A DNA stretch of 59,319 bases, from the NCBI GenBank assembly GCA_005882775.1, contig VBDY01000129.1, forward strand, positions 1 through 59,319, in the 5' to 3' direction. The DNA comes from Chloroflexota bacterium. GTDB lineage: Bacteria; Chloroflexota; Dormibacteria; CF-121. The notes under the pieces were generated by a model. That model searched no databases and was not told where the DNA came from. It saw only the letters and a list, made by a program, of their open reading frames with translations. Numbering within the stretch: position 1 is the first letter of the stretch; each line of letters starts with the position of its first letter. The translations under genes were made by a program, and so were the position numbers. Shown one piece after another: positions 1-9,156 of the stretch.

Positions 1-361
1 AGCGGACGATACCCATCTCCGGCCGGCTTTTCGAGGGTCTGACCTCGACCACGGCGATGGTGCCGCTCAGGGTGTCGCCCGGTCGCACGGGAGCAGGCCA
101 GCGGAGCTCCTCGAGCCCGGGCGAGCCCAGGGAGGACGCATGCTGGAGCAGCCCATCGTTGAGCATCCGCATGAAGAGCCCGGCCGTATGCCAGCCGCTC
201 GCGATCAGACCTCCATAGATCGACCGTTTGGCCGCCTCTTCATCGACGTGAAACGGTTGCGGATCGAACTGCCGCGCGAACGCCACGATCTCGTCGGCGC
301 TGACGCTCCGCCGGCCCAGGTCGAGGCTTTCACCGACTTTGAAGTCTTCGAAGTACCGCAT
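1..361 (-). CDS. MaoC family dehydratase (3' end outside window)
   Basis: Not in ORF track. Manual translation from ATG at 361: [60 protein letters not shown]...[14 protein letters not shown], a typical MaoC hot-dog signature. Confidence 0.9.
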   Translation of the reverse strand, partial: MRYFEDFKVGESLDLGRRSVSADEIVAFARQFDPQPFHVDEEAAKRSIYGGLIASGWHTAGLFMRMLNDGLLQHASSLGSPGLEELRWPAPVRPGDTLSGTIAVVEVRPSKSRPEMGIVR

Positions 362-435
362 CGCCTTCGAGTCTAGGATGCGAGCCGGCCCGGGGCTCGG
401 GCGGCGATTCGCAAACTCCGGGCGGATGAGGCGTT

Positions 436-1362
436 ATGGCATCGATGGGCGCTTCCGCCGACCAGGTCGTTCCCCTCCGCCCGGAGTCCCCCGACCAGCG
501 AGCGCTGAAAGACTACTGGTCGGTCTACGAGGCCCACTTCGACGACATCCAGGTGGGCATCATGCACGAGCTGGCGGGTGACCCCGACTTCGCCGCCATC
601 GTCAAGATGACGCCGCCCGACGTCCAGGAGCAGAACAGCAAAAAGTCGCGGGCCACGATGCGTCGCGCCATTGTCGAGGGCGACTGGCAATCCTACTGGG
701 CCGACCTGAAAGTCCAGGGCGAGCAGTACGCGAAGATGGGACTCAGTTTCCGCGCCTGGTTCAAGGCCGTGGGCTCCTTCCGCACCGTGCTCTCACCCTA
801 CCTGTTCGAGGCGTATGGCAAGACTCCCCAGAGGCTCCTGGCTGTGATCGAGGCGATGACCGGGTTGATCGACCGTGCCATGGCCGTGATCGGCGAGGCT
901 TACCTGGCGACCAAAGAGCAGACCATCCGCCAGCAGCAGGACTCGCTGCGCGAGCTCTCGACGCCGGTGCTGCAGGTGCGCGACAAGATGTTGCTTCTCC
1001 CGGTGATCGGAGTCATCGACTCGCACCGGGCTCAGCAGCTGACCGAAGAGCTCCTCCTCGCCATCCGGGCAAACCGGGCCCGGGTCGTGGTCCTTGACAT
1101 CACCGGTGTTCCGGCCGTGGACTCCAGGGTGGCAAACCACCTCGTCCAGACCGTGGAAGCGGCGCGACTGATGGGAGCGGCTGCCATCGTTACCGGCCTC
1201 TCCGCCGAGGTGGCCCAGACGCTGGTCACTCTGGGAGTCGAGCTGGGAAAGCTGAACACGGTCGGCGACCTCCAGGGCGGCCTGGAGGAGGCCGAGCACC
1301 TGCTCGGATACCGCGTGCTCCAGGACAGCCCGGACATCCGGCAGATACACCCGGCCGCCTGA
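436..1362 (+). CDS. rsbR: Stressosome RsbR-like protein (globin-like N-terminal domain + STAS)
   Basis: ELSTPVLQV, LPVIGVIDSHRA and VLDITGVPAVDS STAS motifs; first gene of the rsbRST cluster. Confidence 0.9.
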   Translation: MASMGASADQVVPLRPESPDQRALKDYWSVYEAHFDDIQVGIMHELAGDPDFAAIVKMTPPDVQEQNSKKSRATMRRAIVEGDWQSYWADLKVQGEQYAKMGLSFRAWFKAVGSFRTVLSPYLFEAYGKTPQRLLAVIEAMTGLIDRAMAVIGEAYLATKEQTIRQQQDSLRELSTPVLQVRDKMLLLPVIGVIDSHRAQQLTEELLLAIRANRARVVVLDITGVPAVDSRVANHLVQTVEAARLMGAAAIVTGLSAEVAQTLVTLGVELGKLNTVGDLQGGLEEAEHLLGYRVLQDSPDIRQIHPAA

Positions 1363-1369
1363 CGAAATC

Positions 1370-1741
1370 ATGCAAGTCCCAATCCTCAAGCAGGGCGACG
1401 TCCTGATTGCCTCGGTACAGGCCGCCCTCACCGATGCCGACCTGGTCCAGCTCCGCGATCAGCTGACCGAAAAGGTCGGCCGCCTGCGGAGCCGAGGAGT
1501 GATCGTGGACGTGACCGCGCTCGACGTGATGGACTCCTTTGCCAGCCGCTCCCTTCGAAACCTGGCCCACATGGTCAAGCTCCGAGGGGCGGAGACGGTG
1601 ATCGTCGGGATCCAGCCGGAGGTCGCCTTCGCCATGGTCCAGCTCGGTCTGCGGCTGGAAGGCGTGTTGACCGCTCTCGACCTGGAAGAGGGACTCGAGG
1701 CCCTCAACCGAGCGCGCACCTCGCCGACCCGTGCTCACTGA
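1370..1741 (+). CDS. rsbS: Stressosome RsbS (STAS antagonist)
   Basis: MQVPILK start, IVDVTALDVMDSF, VGIQPEVAFAMVQLG, ALDLEEGL. Confidence 0.92.
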   Translation: MQVPILKQGDVLIASVQAALTDADLVQLRDQLTEKVGRLRSRGVIVDVTALDVMDSFASRSLRNLAHMVKLRGAETVIVGIQPEVAFAMVQLGLRLEGVLTALDLEEGLEALNRARTSPTRAH

Positions 1742-2138
1742 GACACTCGTTCCGATCCTGTCCGAGATGGACATCGTCATGGCCCGCCAGCAGGGTCGGG
1801 CTCTCGCCACCGAGCTCGGCTTTCGTCCCGGCGACCTGACCCTGATCGCAACCGCGATCTCGGAGATCGCGCGCAACATCCTCATCTATGCCAGCCACGG
1901 CGAGATCCTGCTCCGGCAGATCCAGGACGGGCCCCTCCGCGGAATCCTGGTGGTCGGCCGCGATCAGGGTCCAGGTATCCCGGACATCGACCGCGCCATG
2001 CAGGACGGTTACTCGACCGGCAAGAGCCTGGGGCTCGGGCTGCCCGGCGCGAAGCGGATCATGGATGACTTCAACATCGTCTCCGAGGTGGGTCGGGGGA
2101 CGACCGTGACCATGAAGAAATGGAACCGCAGGCCCTGA
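1731..2138 (+). CDS. rsbT: RsbT serine/threonine kinase (GHKL)
   Basis: DIVMARQ, ATAISEIARNI, DQGPGI, GYSTGKSLGLGLPGAKRIMD. Confidence 0.93.
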   Translation: MLTETLVPILSEMDIVMARQQGRALATELGFRPGDLTLIATAISEIARNILIYASHGEILLRQIQDGPLRGILVVGRDQGPGIPDIDRAMQDGYSTGKSLGLGLPGAKRIMDDFNIVSEVGRGTTVTMKKWNRRP

Positions 2139-2752
2139 CTACCCCGGCCGCGCCGGGTCTGCTCGAATGGGGCGTTGCCGCGCGGGCGCTCGATGGCCAG
2201 CCCCAATCCGGGGATCTCCACCTGGTCAAGACCACCGAAGCCGGGGCATTGGTCGCCGTGGTGGACGCGCTTGGGCATGGCGCCGACGCCGCCGTGGTCG
2301 CCCAGACCGCGATCTCCACGATTGAGAGGTGGACGGGTGAGCCTCTCGTCGCGCTCCTGGAGCGGTGCGACCGCGCTCTCCGCCTGACGCGCGGTGCGGT
2401 GCTCAGCCTTGCCGGATTTGATGAAGCCACAAAAACCATGACCTGGGTGGGCGTGGGCAATGTAGAGGGCGTGTTCCTGAAAGCCGACCCCGCGGCCCGG
2501 CCGGCGCGGGAGTCCATGCTGCTGCGCGGCGGTGTGGTCGGCTACCGGCTACCGTCGCTGATGAGCTCGGTCAGACGGGTGGATCCGGGTGACCTGCTGG
2601 TGGTCGCCACCGACGGGATTCGGACCGACTTTGCCGAGCATGTCGTGGCCGGCGCCCCGGCGAAGGCCATGGCCGACCGCCTGCTCCAACGATGCGGTAA
2701 GGGGACGGACGACGCGCTCGTGCTCGTGGTTCGCTACCGGGGGAAGGCGTGA
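2120..2752 (+). CDS. rsbX: RsbX-like PP2C/SpoIIE phosphatase
   Basis: SGD, AVVDALGHG, GVGNVEG, ATDGI, DDALVLV; follows rsbT. Confidence 0.85.
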   Translation: MEPQALTTPAAPGLLEWGVAARALDGQPQSGDLHLVKTTEAGALVAVVDALGHGADAAVVAQTAISTIERWTGEPLVALLERCDRALRLTRGAVLSLAGFDEATKTMTWVGVGNVEGVFLKADPAARPARESMLLRGGVVGYRLPSLMSSVRRVDPGDLLVVATDGIRTDFAEHVVAGAPAKAMADRLLQRCGKGTDDALVLVVRYRGKA

Positions 2753-3831
2753 GCTCCTCGCTGGACGCTATGGAGACGGAGTATGCGGCTGCGCTGCGCG
2801 ACTACCTTGCCGGCAGCGGGGAGGAGGCGACCCTCCGAGCCTACGAGCTCGGACGCAAGGCGATCACCGACGGGGTCGGCCTGATCGAGCTGGCCGCGGT
2901 GCACGGAAAAGCCGTGGCCGCGGCGCTCCGGGCGGCAGGCACGGCCGAGGAGAAAGCCAGGCTGGCGGCGGTGGCCGCAGACTTCATGGCCGAGGCGCTC
3001 TCTCCCTTCGAGATGGCGCAGCGTGGATTCATCGAGGTAAATCGGACGCTGGCGGACCTCAATCAGACCTTGACCCACAAGAACGCCGACCTGGATTCGG
3101 CCAACAAGGAGCTGGCGGCTCTAAGCCGGATCAAGTCGCAGTTCCTGGCCAACATGTCTCACGAGCTGCGCACCCCGCTGAACGCCATCATCGGCTTCAG
3201 CGAGATGTTGCAGCGTGAGGCGTTCGGACCGCTGCAGCCGAAGCAGCACCGCTACGTCGACAACATCCTGAGCAGCGGCCGCCATCTTCTGACCCTGATC
3301 AATGACGTGCTCGACCTCTCGAAGGTGGAGGCGGGGAAGATGGAGCTGAGGCTGGGCCGGGTGGCGGTCCGCGACCTCCTGCGCGAAACCGCCACCGTGA
3401 TGAAGGGGATGGCCGACCGGAAAGAGATCAGCCTGGACGCCGAGGAGACGTCCGAGAGCCTGTGTGTGACGGGTGATGTGATCCGGCTGAAGCAGGTGAT
3501 CTTTAATCTGCTGTCGAACGCGATCAAGTTCACGCCGGCGGGAGGATCGGTGCGTTTGCGAGCCGCCGCCGGCCAGGGCTTCGCCGTGATCTCGGTCGAA
3601 GATACCGGCGTGGGCATCGCCTCCGAGGATCAACAGCGGATCTTCGATGAGTTCCAGCAGCTGGCCAGTGGTGACAGCCGCGAGTTCCAGGGAACCGGCC
3701 TCGGCCTGGCGCTCACCCAGCGGCTCGTCGATCTGCACGGCGGTCAGATCACGGTGGCGAGCGAGGTGGGGAAGGGGAGCACGTTCACCTTCACCGTCCC
3801 CCTGGCGGCCGAGCAAAGCCTGGCCGCCTGA
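2749..3831 (+). CDS. Soluble histidine kinase with N-terminal RsbU_N-like domain
   Basis: N-terminal YAAALRDYL..E..L..AYELGR..H resembles RsbU_N; H-box FLANMSHELRTPL, NLLSNAIKFT, DTGVGI, GTGLGL; GTGA overlap with rsbX. Confidence 0.88.
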   Translation: MSSSLDAMETEYAAALRDYLAGSGEEATLRAYELGRKAITDGVGLIELAAVHGKAVAAALRAAGTAEEKARLAAVAADFMAEALSPFEMAQRGFIEVNRTLADLNQTLTHKNADLDSANKELAALSRIKSQFLANMSHELRTPLNAIIGFSEMLQREAFGPLQPKQHRYVDNILSSGRHLLTLINDVLDLSKVEAGKMELRLGRVAVRDLLRETATVMKGMADRKEISLDAEETSESLCVTGDVIRLKQVIFNLLSNAIKFTPAGGSVRLRAAAGQGFAVISVEDTGVGIASEDQQRIFDEFQQLASGDSREFQGTGLGLALTQRLVDLHGGQITVASEVGKGSTFTFTVPLAAEQSLAA

Positions 3832-3866
3832 CCCCCTGCCCCGGGGGTTAGCTACCCTTACCGGGG

Positions 3867-5831
3867 ATGAGCGCGCGACCCGCCGCCGGTCCACAGACGG
3901 CCCCATTCGGCTCCTGGCGCTCTCCGATCTCGTCCGACCTGATCGTCGCTGGCTCGATCGGCTTCGGACTGGTCCAGCTCGACGGTGACGACACCTACTG
4001 GGTGGAGCAGCGGCCCTCCGAAGGCGGGCGAAATGTGATCGTTCGCCGCACGGCCGACGGGCGTACCGGCGACATCACGCCGGCGGGCTTCAATGCCAGG
4101 ACCCGGGTCCACGAGTACGGAGGCGGCGCCTACGCCGTCTCGGAAGGGGTGGTGTGGTTCTCCAACTACGCCGACCAGCGACTCTACCGGCAGGACCCCG
4201 GGGCGGCGCCCCGCCCGATCAGCCCGGACGGTGACCTGCGATACGCGGACGCGGTCGTCGACCGCCCGCGGGGCCGCCTCGTATGCGTTCGCGAGGATCA
4301 CTCGCGTGGAGGAGAGGCAGTCAACACCATTGTGAGCCTCGACCTCGATGGCAAACGGCAGCCTGCAGTTCTGGTCTCAGGCAACGATTTCTACTCCTCC
4401 CCGCGGCTGAGCCCCAACGGCTCGCACCTCGCCTGGGTTACCTGGAACCACCCCAACATGCCGTGGGATGGCTGCGAGCTGTGGGTGGCCGAGCTGACCG
4501 ACGATGGCACGATCCGGGCGCCCCGCAAAGTCGCCGGCGGGGAGCGCGAGTCGGTTGCCCAACCCGAGTGGTCGCCGCAGGGAGTCCTGTATTTCATGTC
4601 AGACCGCAGCAACTGGTGGAACCCGTACCGCTGGCGCGCTCAGGGCGTTGAGCCGGTATTCGAGGTCCAGTCGGAGATGGCGGGGCCGCAGTGGGAGTTT
4701 GGCCAGTCCTACTATGGCTTCGAGTCCGAGCAGCAGATCGTCTGCCGTGTGGCCGACAACATGGTCAGCCGGCTCGCCAGGCTCGACCTCGACTCCAAAG
4801 AGCTGACCACCATCGCCACCCCGTACACGGTGATCATGCCGATGGTCAAAGTGGGGGCCCAGCGCGCGGTGTTCGTCGCGGGCTCGGCCACCGAACCGCT
4901 GGCGCTGGTCCAGGTCGCCCGCTCGACCGGGCGAGTGGAGGTGCTCCGCCGGTCATTCGAGCTTTCGCTCGACCGTTCCTACCTCTCCGTCCCACAACCG
5001 ATCGAGTTTCCCACCGAGCGCGGCAGGACGGCTCACGCCTTTTACTACCCGCCCCAAAACCCCGGCTATCAGGCACCGGCCGGCGAGCGGCCTCCGCTCA
5101 TCGTGCACGTCCACGGCGGGCCGACCGGGGCGGTATCCGATGCGCTCGACCTCCAGATCCAGTACTTCACGAGTCGCGGCCTGGCAGCCGTCGATGTCAA
5201 CTACGGCGGGAGCTCCGGCTACGGGCGCGAGTATCGGGAGCGCCTCAACGGGCAGTGGGGTGTCGTCGACGTCGAGGACTGCGTCAACGCGGCTCAGTAT
5301 CTGACCGATCGGGAGCTGGCCGATCCGAAGCGCCTGGCCATCACGGGCGGGAGTGCGGGCGGCTACACGGTGCTGCGGGCGCTGACCACCACCGAGTTCT
5401 TCACGGCGGGGGCGAGCCATTACGGGATCAGTGAGCTCGAAGTCTTCCATGGGGACACGCACAAGTTCGAATCGCGCTATGACGTGGGCCTGATCGGTCC
5501 CTGGCCGGAGGCGAGACAGACCTACCACGATCGCTCGCCGCTCTATTCAGTCGACCGCATCACGGCGCCGGTGATCCTCTTCCAGGGATTGGAAGACAGG
5601 ATCGTGCCACCGAAACAGGCAGAGATCATCGTCGAGGCGCTTCGCCGGAAGCGGCTGCCCGTCGCCTACATCGCCTTCGAAGGCGAGCAGCACGGCTTTC
5701 GGATCGCGGCGAACATCAAACGGGCCCTGGAGGGCGAGCTATTTTTCTACTCGAAGGTGTTTGGCTTCGAGCTCGCCGACCCGGTCCAGCCGGTCGCGAT
5801 CGAAAACCTGGAAGCCGCCGCTACCCGCTAA
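3867..5831 (+). CDS. S9 family (prolyl oligopeptidase/acylaminoacyl) peptidase
   Basis: APFGSWRSPIS, RTRVHEYGGG, HGGPT, GGSAGG nucleophile, QGLED, EQHGFR. Confidence 0.93.
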   Translation: MSARPAAGPQTAPFGSWRSPISSDLIVAGSIGFGLVQLDGDDTYWVEQRPSEGGRNVIVRRTADGRTGDITPAGFNARTRVHEYGGGAYAVSEGVVWFSNYADQRLYRQDPGAAPRPISPDGDLRYADAVVDRPRGRLVCVREDHSRGGEAVNTIVSLDLDGKRQPAVLVSGNDFYSSPRLSPNGSHLAWVTWNHPNMPWDGCELWVAELTDDGTIRAPRKVAGGERESVAQPEWSPQGVLYFMSDRSNWWNPYRWRAQGVEPVFEVQSEMAGPQWEFGQSYYGFESEQQIVCRVADNMVSRLARLDLDSKELTTIATPYTVIMPMVKVGAQRAVFVAGSATEPLALVQVARSTGRVEVLRRSFELSLDRSYLSVPQPIEFPTERGRTAHAFYYPPQNPGYQAPAGERPPLIVHVHGGPTGAVSDALDLQIQYFTSRGLAAVDVNYGGSSGYGREYRERLNGQWGVVDVEDCVNAAQYLTDRELADPKRLAITGGSAGGYTVLRALTTTEFFTAGASHYGISELEVFHGDTHKFESRYDVGLIGPWPEARQTYHDRSPLYSVDRITAPVILFQGLEDRIVPPKQAEIIVEALRRKRLPVAYIAFEGEQHGFRIAANIKRALEGELFFYSKVFGFELADPVQPVAIENLEAAATR

Positions 5832-5835
5832 CGGA

Positions 5836-6090
5836 CTAGCCCGGCCGGACCCGGTGAACCTGGTCTCCGACGCGGGCCTTTTCCTTGGTTTTGAAGGCGA
5901 CCCTGTCCCCTGGCCCGGCCTGGTCGACTTTCTGGTGCTCGACCTCTAGCGAGTCGACCGGCTGGCTGAAGTCGGTCGTGTGCCCCTTGATCCGGACCTG
6001 GTCACCCACCTTGAGCTCGCCGGTCAGCTGGGCGGCCGCCACCCCGAGCTGCCCGAAGTAGTGGGTCACCTTGCCGATCTGTTCTTCCAC
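5836..6090 (-). CDS. Small translation elongation factor-like beta-barrel protein (U32 peptidase C-terminal-like)
   Basis: IGKVTHYF..GVA..L..GD.I.GHTTDF.Q.V.S.E..H.V..A.PG pattern. Confidence 0.75.
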   Translation of the reverse strand: MEEQIGKVTHYFGQLGVAAAQLTGELKVGDQVRIKGHTTDFSQPVDSLEVEHQKVDQAGPGDRVAFKTKEKARVGDQVHRVRPG

Positions 6091-6201
6091 ACCCCTTCTT
6101 GTAGCACAGCAAGCGGCCGTTTCAAAGAGCCACCTCGGCTGTCAATTGACCCCCCAGTGAGCCGGGAGTATCTTTAAGGCTGAGCTGTAAGGAAGGCTCC
6201 C

Positions 6202-6645
6202 ATGCCAGATCCCAGCCGGCGGTTGCGGATCGTCAAGCCGATCACGACGCAAGTCGAGATCCTGGCCTATGCCCCGACGGAGTTCTACCACTGCCAGCAC
6301 TGCGAGATCGTCTGGGGGCAGATCGGCTTTGGCCGAAAACTCCACGCCGAGGAGCGCAAGACCGCCCTGCCGGACGACCTGCAGGCGGAGTATGCGGCCA
6401 TCTCCGGCTGGGTGCGGGAGGCCTTTGACCGATTCGGCGAGCGCCTGACTGTAAGGGTCACCGACGCGGCATCGCTGCAGGGGTTTTTCAAGGCGATCCG
6501 CTACCGGGCCCACCGGTTCCCGGCTTTCATCATCGACGGTCGCGACCGCATCATCGGCTTCGACCGCCGGCGACTTGACGCCGCCCTGCGCAGCCGCCTG
6601 GGCGATGGCGAAGGAGGTGAGAGCCTGGCCAACACGCGCGCCTGA
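6202..6645 (+). CDS. Hypothetical thioredoxin-like protein with HCQHC (CxxC) motif
   Basis: SD AAGGAAGG; FYHCQHCE and FPAFIIDG; 20 nt upstream of cstA. Confidence 0.7.
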   Translation: MPDPSRRLRIVKPITTQVEILAYAPTEFYHCQHCEIVWGQIGFGRKLHAEERKTALPDDLQAEYAAISGWVREAFDRFGERLTVRVTDAASLQGFFKAIRYRAHRFPAFIIDGRDRIIGFDRRRLDAALRSRLGDGEGGESLANTRA

Positions 6646-6665
6646 CTTCAATAAGGAGGGATCAT

Positions 6666-8519
6666 TTGAACAACACGCTGGTCGCGATCGTCATCGGCAT
6701 TGTCGCCATCTTCGTCGGCTACAACTTCTACGCCCGGCGGATCGACCGGCTCGTCATCCAGGCAGACCCGAAGCGGGCCACGCCCGCCAAGATGTACATG
6801 GACGGCGTCGATTTCATGCCGACCAGCCGCAATGTCCTGTACGGATACCACTTCAAGTCGATCGCCGCGGCCGGCCCGATCGTTGGCGCCATCACCGCGG
6901 CGGCACTCTGGGGATGGTTTCCGAGCCTGGTCTGGCTCGTGCTGGGTGTGATGTTCATGGGGTGGGCGAGCGACTACAGTGCCATCGCGCTGTCCGTCCG
7001 CAACGACGGTAACTCCCTCTCCGCCATCGCGCATAAGCTGATTCACCCGCGCACAAGGCAGGTGCTATTCGTTTTCATCTTCTTCTACCTGCTCCTGGTG
7101 GCGGGCGCCTTCGGCACCCTGGTGGCGACCACGCTCAACAATCCGATCGTTCCTCTGGGGATCATCGCCCTGGGCGTGTTCGGCATGCTTGCCGGTCAGC
7201 TGCTCTACCGGGCAAAGCTCGACCTGATCCTCGTCACCCTGATTGCCGTGGGCGGCACGCTGCTGGCCGTGCTGCTCAACGCCAGCGCGACCGGGGCGGT
7301 GGCAACCGCCTTCAAGAATTTCAATGCCTGGCTGAACGGTTTCGCCCCGCCCAAGGGAGCCCTGATCACGGTCCTGGACCCGACCCGGCCGGCCGGCCAG
7401 CAGGACGTCGCTATCACGGTGAGCCTTGTGTTCTGGCTCCTGTTCATGTTTGCGTTCTGCTACCTTGGCGCGATCCTGCCCATCTGGCGGTACGCCCAGC
7501 CCGTGAACTACATCGGTTTCTGGATCACGGCGCTGACTGTCGTGGTGGCGGGCCTCGGAGCGATCCTCGCGTTCTGGATCAAGCCCGGTGGACATGACGT
7601 CTCGACGTTCACGATCCCGACGTTCGTAGGTTTTGGAGGGCCCACCAAGGTGCTCGCGGTTAGCGGCGCGATCCAGCCGCTGTGGCCGATGCTCTTCGTC
7701 ACCATCGCCTGCGGAGCCATCTCCGGCTGGCACGCCCTGATCGGCTCGGTCGGCACGGCTCGGCAGATCGAGAGCGAGGAGGACATGCTCCCGGTTGGCG
7801 GGGGTGCGATGTTCAGCGAGTTCACGTTGGGCCTCCTGTCGCTGTTAGCCGTTTCGGTCGCCGTCACCACCGCCGGGACAACATCGACCGCTGTTGCCAT
7901 CGGCCGGTTTGCCGACGGGATAGCGGGGTTCCTCAACGTGTTCGGGATCAGCAAGGTCTACGGCAGCGCCATCGCCCGGGCAGCCTTCGTGGTGATCGTG
8001 ATCACGGTCACGCAACTGCTCTTCCGCATCATGCGGGTGACGCTCGCGGAGTGGCTGGGCGACCGCGCGCCCATCTTCCGCAACCAGCACGTGGGCACCC
8101 TGATCAGCATGGCCGCCACGACGCTCCTGGTGGTAAGCGGCACCTGGATCTACATCTGGCAGCTGTTCGGGGCATCCAACCAGCTGATGGCTTCGCTCAG
8201 CCTGCTGGTGGTGACCGTCTGGCTGGTTGCGACGCATCGCAACGCCACCTATGCCGCGCTCCCGACCGTGTTCATGTACGTGACGACGATGGCGGCCACC
8301 CTCGTCACCGGCTACAACCTCTGGGTGACGATCTTCACCAAGCAGCTGGGCAAGGCCGGCCACGAGATCGCGGTCGTCGGCAGCTTCCTCACGGTTGCAA
8401 TCGCAGCCCTTCTCTTCGTCGCGGCGCTCCTGATTGCGGTCGACGGCGTCCGGGCGATCCGGCGATATCGGCGGCAGCCGATCGCAACCGCGCCGGAACC
8501 CGGCCGGGTGACCGCGTAG
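6666..8519 (+). CDS. cstA: Carbon starvation CstA family transporter
   Basis: TPA...DGVDFMPT, GYHFKSIAAAGPIVG, FVTIACGAISGWH, WQLFGASNQLMA; many TM segments; TTG start with SD AAGGAGG. Confidence 0.92.
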   Translation: MNNTLVAIVIGIVAIFVGYNFYARRIDRLVIQADPKRATPAKMYMDGVDFMPTSRNVLYGYHFKSIAAAGPIVGAITAAALWGWFPSLVWLVLGVMFMGWASDYSAIALSVRNDGNSLSAIAHKLIHPRTRQVLFVFIFFYLLLVAGAFGTLVATTLNNPIVPLGIIALGVFGMLAGQLLYRAKLDLILVTLIAVGGTLLAVLLNASATGAVATAFKNFNAWLNGFAPPKGALITVLDPTRPAGQQDVAITVSLVFWLLFMFAFCYLGAILPIWRYAQPVNYIGFWITALTVVVAGLGAILAFWIKPGGHDVSTFTIPTFVGFGGPTKVLAVSGAIQPLWPMLFVTIACGAISGWHALIGSVGTARQIESEEDMLPVGGGAMFSEFTLGLLSLLAVSVAVTTAGTTSTAVAIGRFADGIAGFLNVFGISKVYGSAIARAAFVVIVITVTQLLFRIMRVTLAEWLGDRAPIFRNQHVGTLISMAATTLLVVSGTWIYIWQLFGASNQLMASLSLLVVTVWLVATHRNATYAALPTVFMYVTTMAATLVTGYNLWVTIFTKQLGKAGHEIAVVGSFLTVAIAALLFVAALLIAVDGVRAIRRYRRQPIATAPEPGRVTA

Positions 8520-8553
8520 CGCAGCCGGACGGGTCGAAGCGACCGGTGGACCA

Positions 8554-8580
8554 GAGGGCCGGCCCGGGGGGCCGGCCCTC
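8554..8580 (+). other. Perfect 12-bp GC hairpin after cstA
   Basis: GAGGGCCGGCCC-GGG-GGGCCGGCCCTC, no U-tract. Confidence 0.55.
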
Positions 8581-8617
8581 GCTGCCCAGCCTGGTGTTGC
8601 ACCAGGGAAGGCGGCTT

Positions 8618-8875
8618 TTGCGCACCCTGCGCGAGGTGTTTTACGGCTTCACTGGCTTCGAGTTCGAACGCCAGGCCGCCCATTCCCGGGCGGACCTGGA
8701 GAACCTCTTCACCTTCATGATCATGGGCGAGCTGGTAGGGGTTCCCGTATTGCCGCCCTATTACGCCGTGCGTCTGGTGCCCTATCTTGTGAATACGGTA
8801 CCGGCCTGGCGGCGTCGCGTCCTCCGGGAGCGGCACCCCTTTGAACACGAGGAGTTTGACCTGCATGGAGTCTGA
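8618..8875 (+). CDS. CstA/ArsA-associated small protein, paralog 1
   Basis: 3' part of ORF 7682..8875; LENLFTFMIMGELVGVPVLPPYYAVRLVPY is similar to the next gene; TTG 8618 after GGAAGG (alternative GTG 8546). Confidence 0.75.
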   Translation: MRTLREVFYGFTGFEFERQAAHSRADLENLFTFMIMGELVGVPVLPPYYAVRLVPYLVNTVPAWRRRVLRERHPFEHEEFDLHGV

Positions 8876-9146
8876 GAAAAAGAAGAAGCGCGGTCTGTTC
8901 GGCGTCTTCGGCACCGCCAAAGAGGTCATGTACGGGATGGCCTCCCACGACATGTCTCGCACGGCGCTGCGGACCCGGGCGAGCATGGAGCACCTCTTCA
9001 TCCTGATCACGATGGGGGACCTGCTGGGCGTCCCCATCCTGCCGCCCTACTACAGCCTGCGCCTGATGCCCTACGTCGTCCCCCAGATCAGCACCTGGAA
9101 GCGCCGTATGCTGCGCGAGCGCGATCTCACGGACGTGCTCGGCTAG
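8865..9146 (+). CDS. CstA/ArsA-associated small protein, paralog 2
   Basis: ATG 8865 after GAGGAG; MEHLFILITMGDLLGVPILPPYYSLRLMPY. Confidence 0.8.
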   Translation: MESEKKKKRGLFGVFGTAKEVMYGMASHDMSRTALRTRASMEHLFILITMGDLLGVPILPPYYSLRLMPYVVPQISTWKRRMLRERDLTDVLG

Positions 9147-9156
9147 AGGAAGCTCG

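Noticed and set aside
8873-8875. TGA ending cstA-associated small protein A as a possible Sec codon (some cstA-adjacent small proteins end in CC or CU)
   Set aside because: No adjacent Cys, no convincing hairpin, and the downstream sequence is the coding start of paralog B in another frame
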